Of a stretch of DNA of 64,000 bases, positions 62,419 through 64,000 are shown one piece after another. This DNA comes from Flectonema sp. DT1601 (taxonomy: Eukaryota), in assembly GCA_964019425.1 (NCBI GenBank), contig OZ025791.1, positions 1,116,001 to 1,180,000 of the forward strand. Direction: 5' to 3'. Both the position numbers and the translations under genes were made by a program. The notes under the pieces were generated by a model. That model saw only the letters and a list, made by a program, of their open reading frames with translations. It was not told the origin of the DNA and searched no databases. Within the stretch, counting starts at the first letter, position 1, and every line of letters starts with the position of its first letter.

Positions 62419-64000
62419 TTACAGGTAAGCGACTTCTTGTTTAACACCCCTAATGGTTGCTGACACCTCTTCACAACCACCAAGTCCAGAAGATGCAGTA
62501 AGTCGCTGTGGTTGAATGTGTTGGTTTATTGCAATGAAGTAATTAATAATAATAATAAAAAGTACACACCTCTTGCACATCACGTGGCAACGATGAGAAC
62601 TGTTCAATAAGATTCATATCAAGAATAAACCCTCTTCTGTTTCGATGTTCTGGTTTACTGTTTCTCTTCCCCCGAAACTTTCTACTTGCACGAGGATGAA
62701 GACCAGCAAAGTGAGGAATTTCAGTCGTCATTTTATTAGAAAGCCACTGTTATAGTTATTTATATTAAATACCCCTGTAGCCTTCACTTGAGTGAATCTA
62801 ATAAACAATAAATATAACATACATGTAAATCTCTGTGAGTGTGTTCCATTATTGGTTGCAACGTGTATAACGCTCCCTCGTGTGTTCCAAATAGTAGTGC
62901 CACTCGGTTACCTGTTTTGTTGAGTTGAAGAAAAAGGTTTGCTTTTGACCGATTTAAAATTATAATAAAATAATAAAAATTCAAACCTTGTCTCAAAACA
63001 TCAGATTCGTGAGAAGATGGGATGTGAAATGTACGAAGTCGAATAGCTCTCGTAGTTGAAGTTCCGATGAATATATCTGACAGCGGCTGAAGTATTTGTT
63101 GACTAGTAGCAGGATCGTAACTGTAGGTAGAAATATTTCCATTATCATCAAACAGTACAGTAGTTAACACTCCTCTATCAACTATAAATTCACAACATGA
63201 TGACGACAATGAGTTCACATCCTTCGCGAGGGGAGTTAACTGATGACCAGATTCAGTCCAGCGATGCATCTGAACAGATTGAAACAAGTCCCCAGCGAGG
63301 ATTAGGTTTTTAATTGAAGTCAAGTTGGAGGTGTACATTCGTGACTCTGCCCAAGAAACAAAGTCGAGAGTCTTTTTATTCCAATCATAGACGTAGACGT
63401 AAATCTTACCAGCGACTGCAGCAAAGAGATAGCCACCTGATGAAGTAATTGCAGTGACAGGTCCCTTAGTAGATATCTCGTGTTCTATTTCAAGAACTCT
63501 ATCATCACGTGCACGACCAACTCTGACTCTGAGTAGTAGGATTCTTCCTCTGCAAGGAATGTCTTCAGAAATAGGAAACGCTGTTCCAACAGCCTGAAAG
63601 GTTGACATCTGACTGCTACTTCCTCGATCTCTTCTACGATCTCTGTCACCACTTCCATAGCCTTCTGGTCTCTTTAACGTTACTGAGGTGCACGCTAGTA
63701 CCTTTTCGTTCTCTTTCAACTTCCCAACGCCTGTAAAAGGTTTCCAAGACAGAGCGCTGTACAACTGCAACTCGTAGCGACCGTTCATCGGTGTTGGGAT
63801 GCCTTCCGCAGATGTTATTTCTTTTGGAACCTTTTCGTTTATATTTTCTAAGAAGATATCAGTTTCTGAATCAAATGCAGTTTTTACCGGTTTGAAAGGA
63901 CTCTCATAAGCAACAACAAGAGTGTATGTTCTGAGAACTGGATCAAACACGATCTGTTTTGGAGAACCTCTCAGGAGAATCTTTCGTGTCGGCCACGGTG
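62419..64000 (-). CDS. CPSF1: Cleavage and polyadenylation specificity factor 160-kDa subunit, 3' part (5' end outside window); exons >64000-62987, 62911-62823, 62746-62570, 62505-62419
   Basis: CPSF_A region: AVGTAF..EDIPCRGRILL..KGPVTAI..KNLILAGDLFQSV..LLFGTHEGAL. After splicing it continues IPHFAGLHPRA..FILDMNLIEQF. Confidence 0.88.
62506..62569 (-). other. GT-AG intron, 64 nt
   Basis: GTGTGT...CAACACATTCAACCACAG. Phase 0. Confidence 0.8.
62747..62822 (-). other. GT-AG intron, 76 nt
   Basis: GTATGT...ATAACTATAACAG. Restores the conserved PHxAGLxPRA motif in frame. Confidence 0.88.
62912..62986 (-). other. GT-AG intron, 75 nt, in frame and stop-free
   Basis: GTTTGA...CTCAACAAAACAG. Very AT-rich; read through by the ORF track as LNFYYFIIILNRSKANLFLQLNKT. 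Confidence 0.75.

Noticed and set aside
1..64000. CRISPR array, rRNA, tRNA, autonomous transposon or non-standard genetic code
   Set aside because: No repeat-spacer array, no recognisable structural RNA gene and no RT or transposase motif. Long ORFs read cleanly in the standard code.

Overview
AT-rich eukaryotic genomic DNA, most consistent with a euglenozoan and probably a diplonemid. This is inference from three things: all 13 credible genes lie on the minus strand, there are tryparedoxin-like and trypanosome-like Derlin sequences, and cis-introns are frequent. Genes in transcription order (right to left): CPSF160 (3' part), a kinesin-3-like motor, a giant IQ/Sfi1-like protein, a membrane protein with an inactive tryparedoxin-like domain, a secreted YbjN-like protein, Derlin, an RS-repeat protein with two CysRS-anticodon-like repeats, a PH-PH-cupin protein, a coiled-coil/PDZ protein, two unknown proteins, a PHO80-type cyclin, then a ~24 kb gene-free stretch, then a BART/ARL2BP protein. 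I reconstructed 12 GT-AG introns by hand; each restores a reading frame or a conserved motif. They share an unusual grammar: a GT(A/G/T)TG donor, a U-rich 5' half, and an A/C-rich 3' end (often poly-A) instead of a polypyrimidine tract. They sit only near CDS ends. The putative trans-splice acceptors upstream of start codons are U-rich instead. Non-coding DNA alternates homopolymer tracts with short stem-loops, and includes a MITE-like element and a triplicated hairpin. Protein calls are motif recognition by eye; no database search was run.
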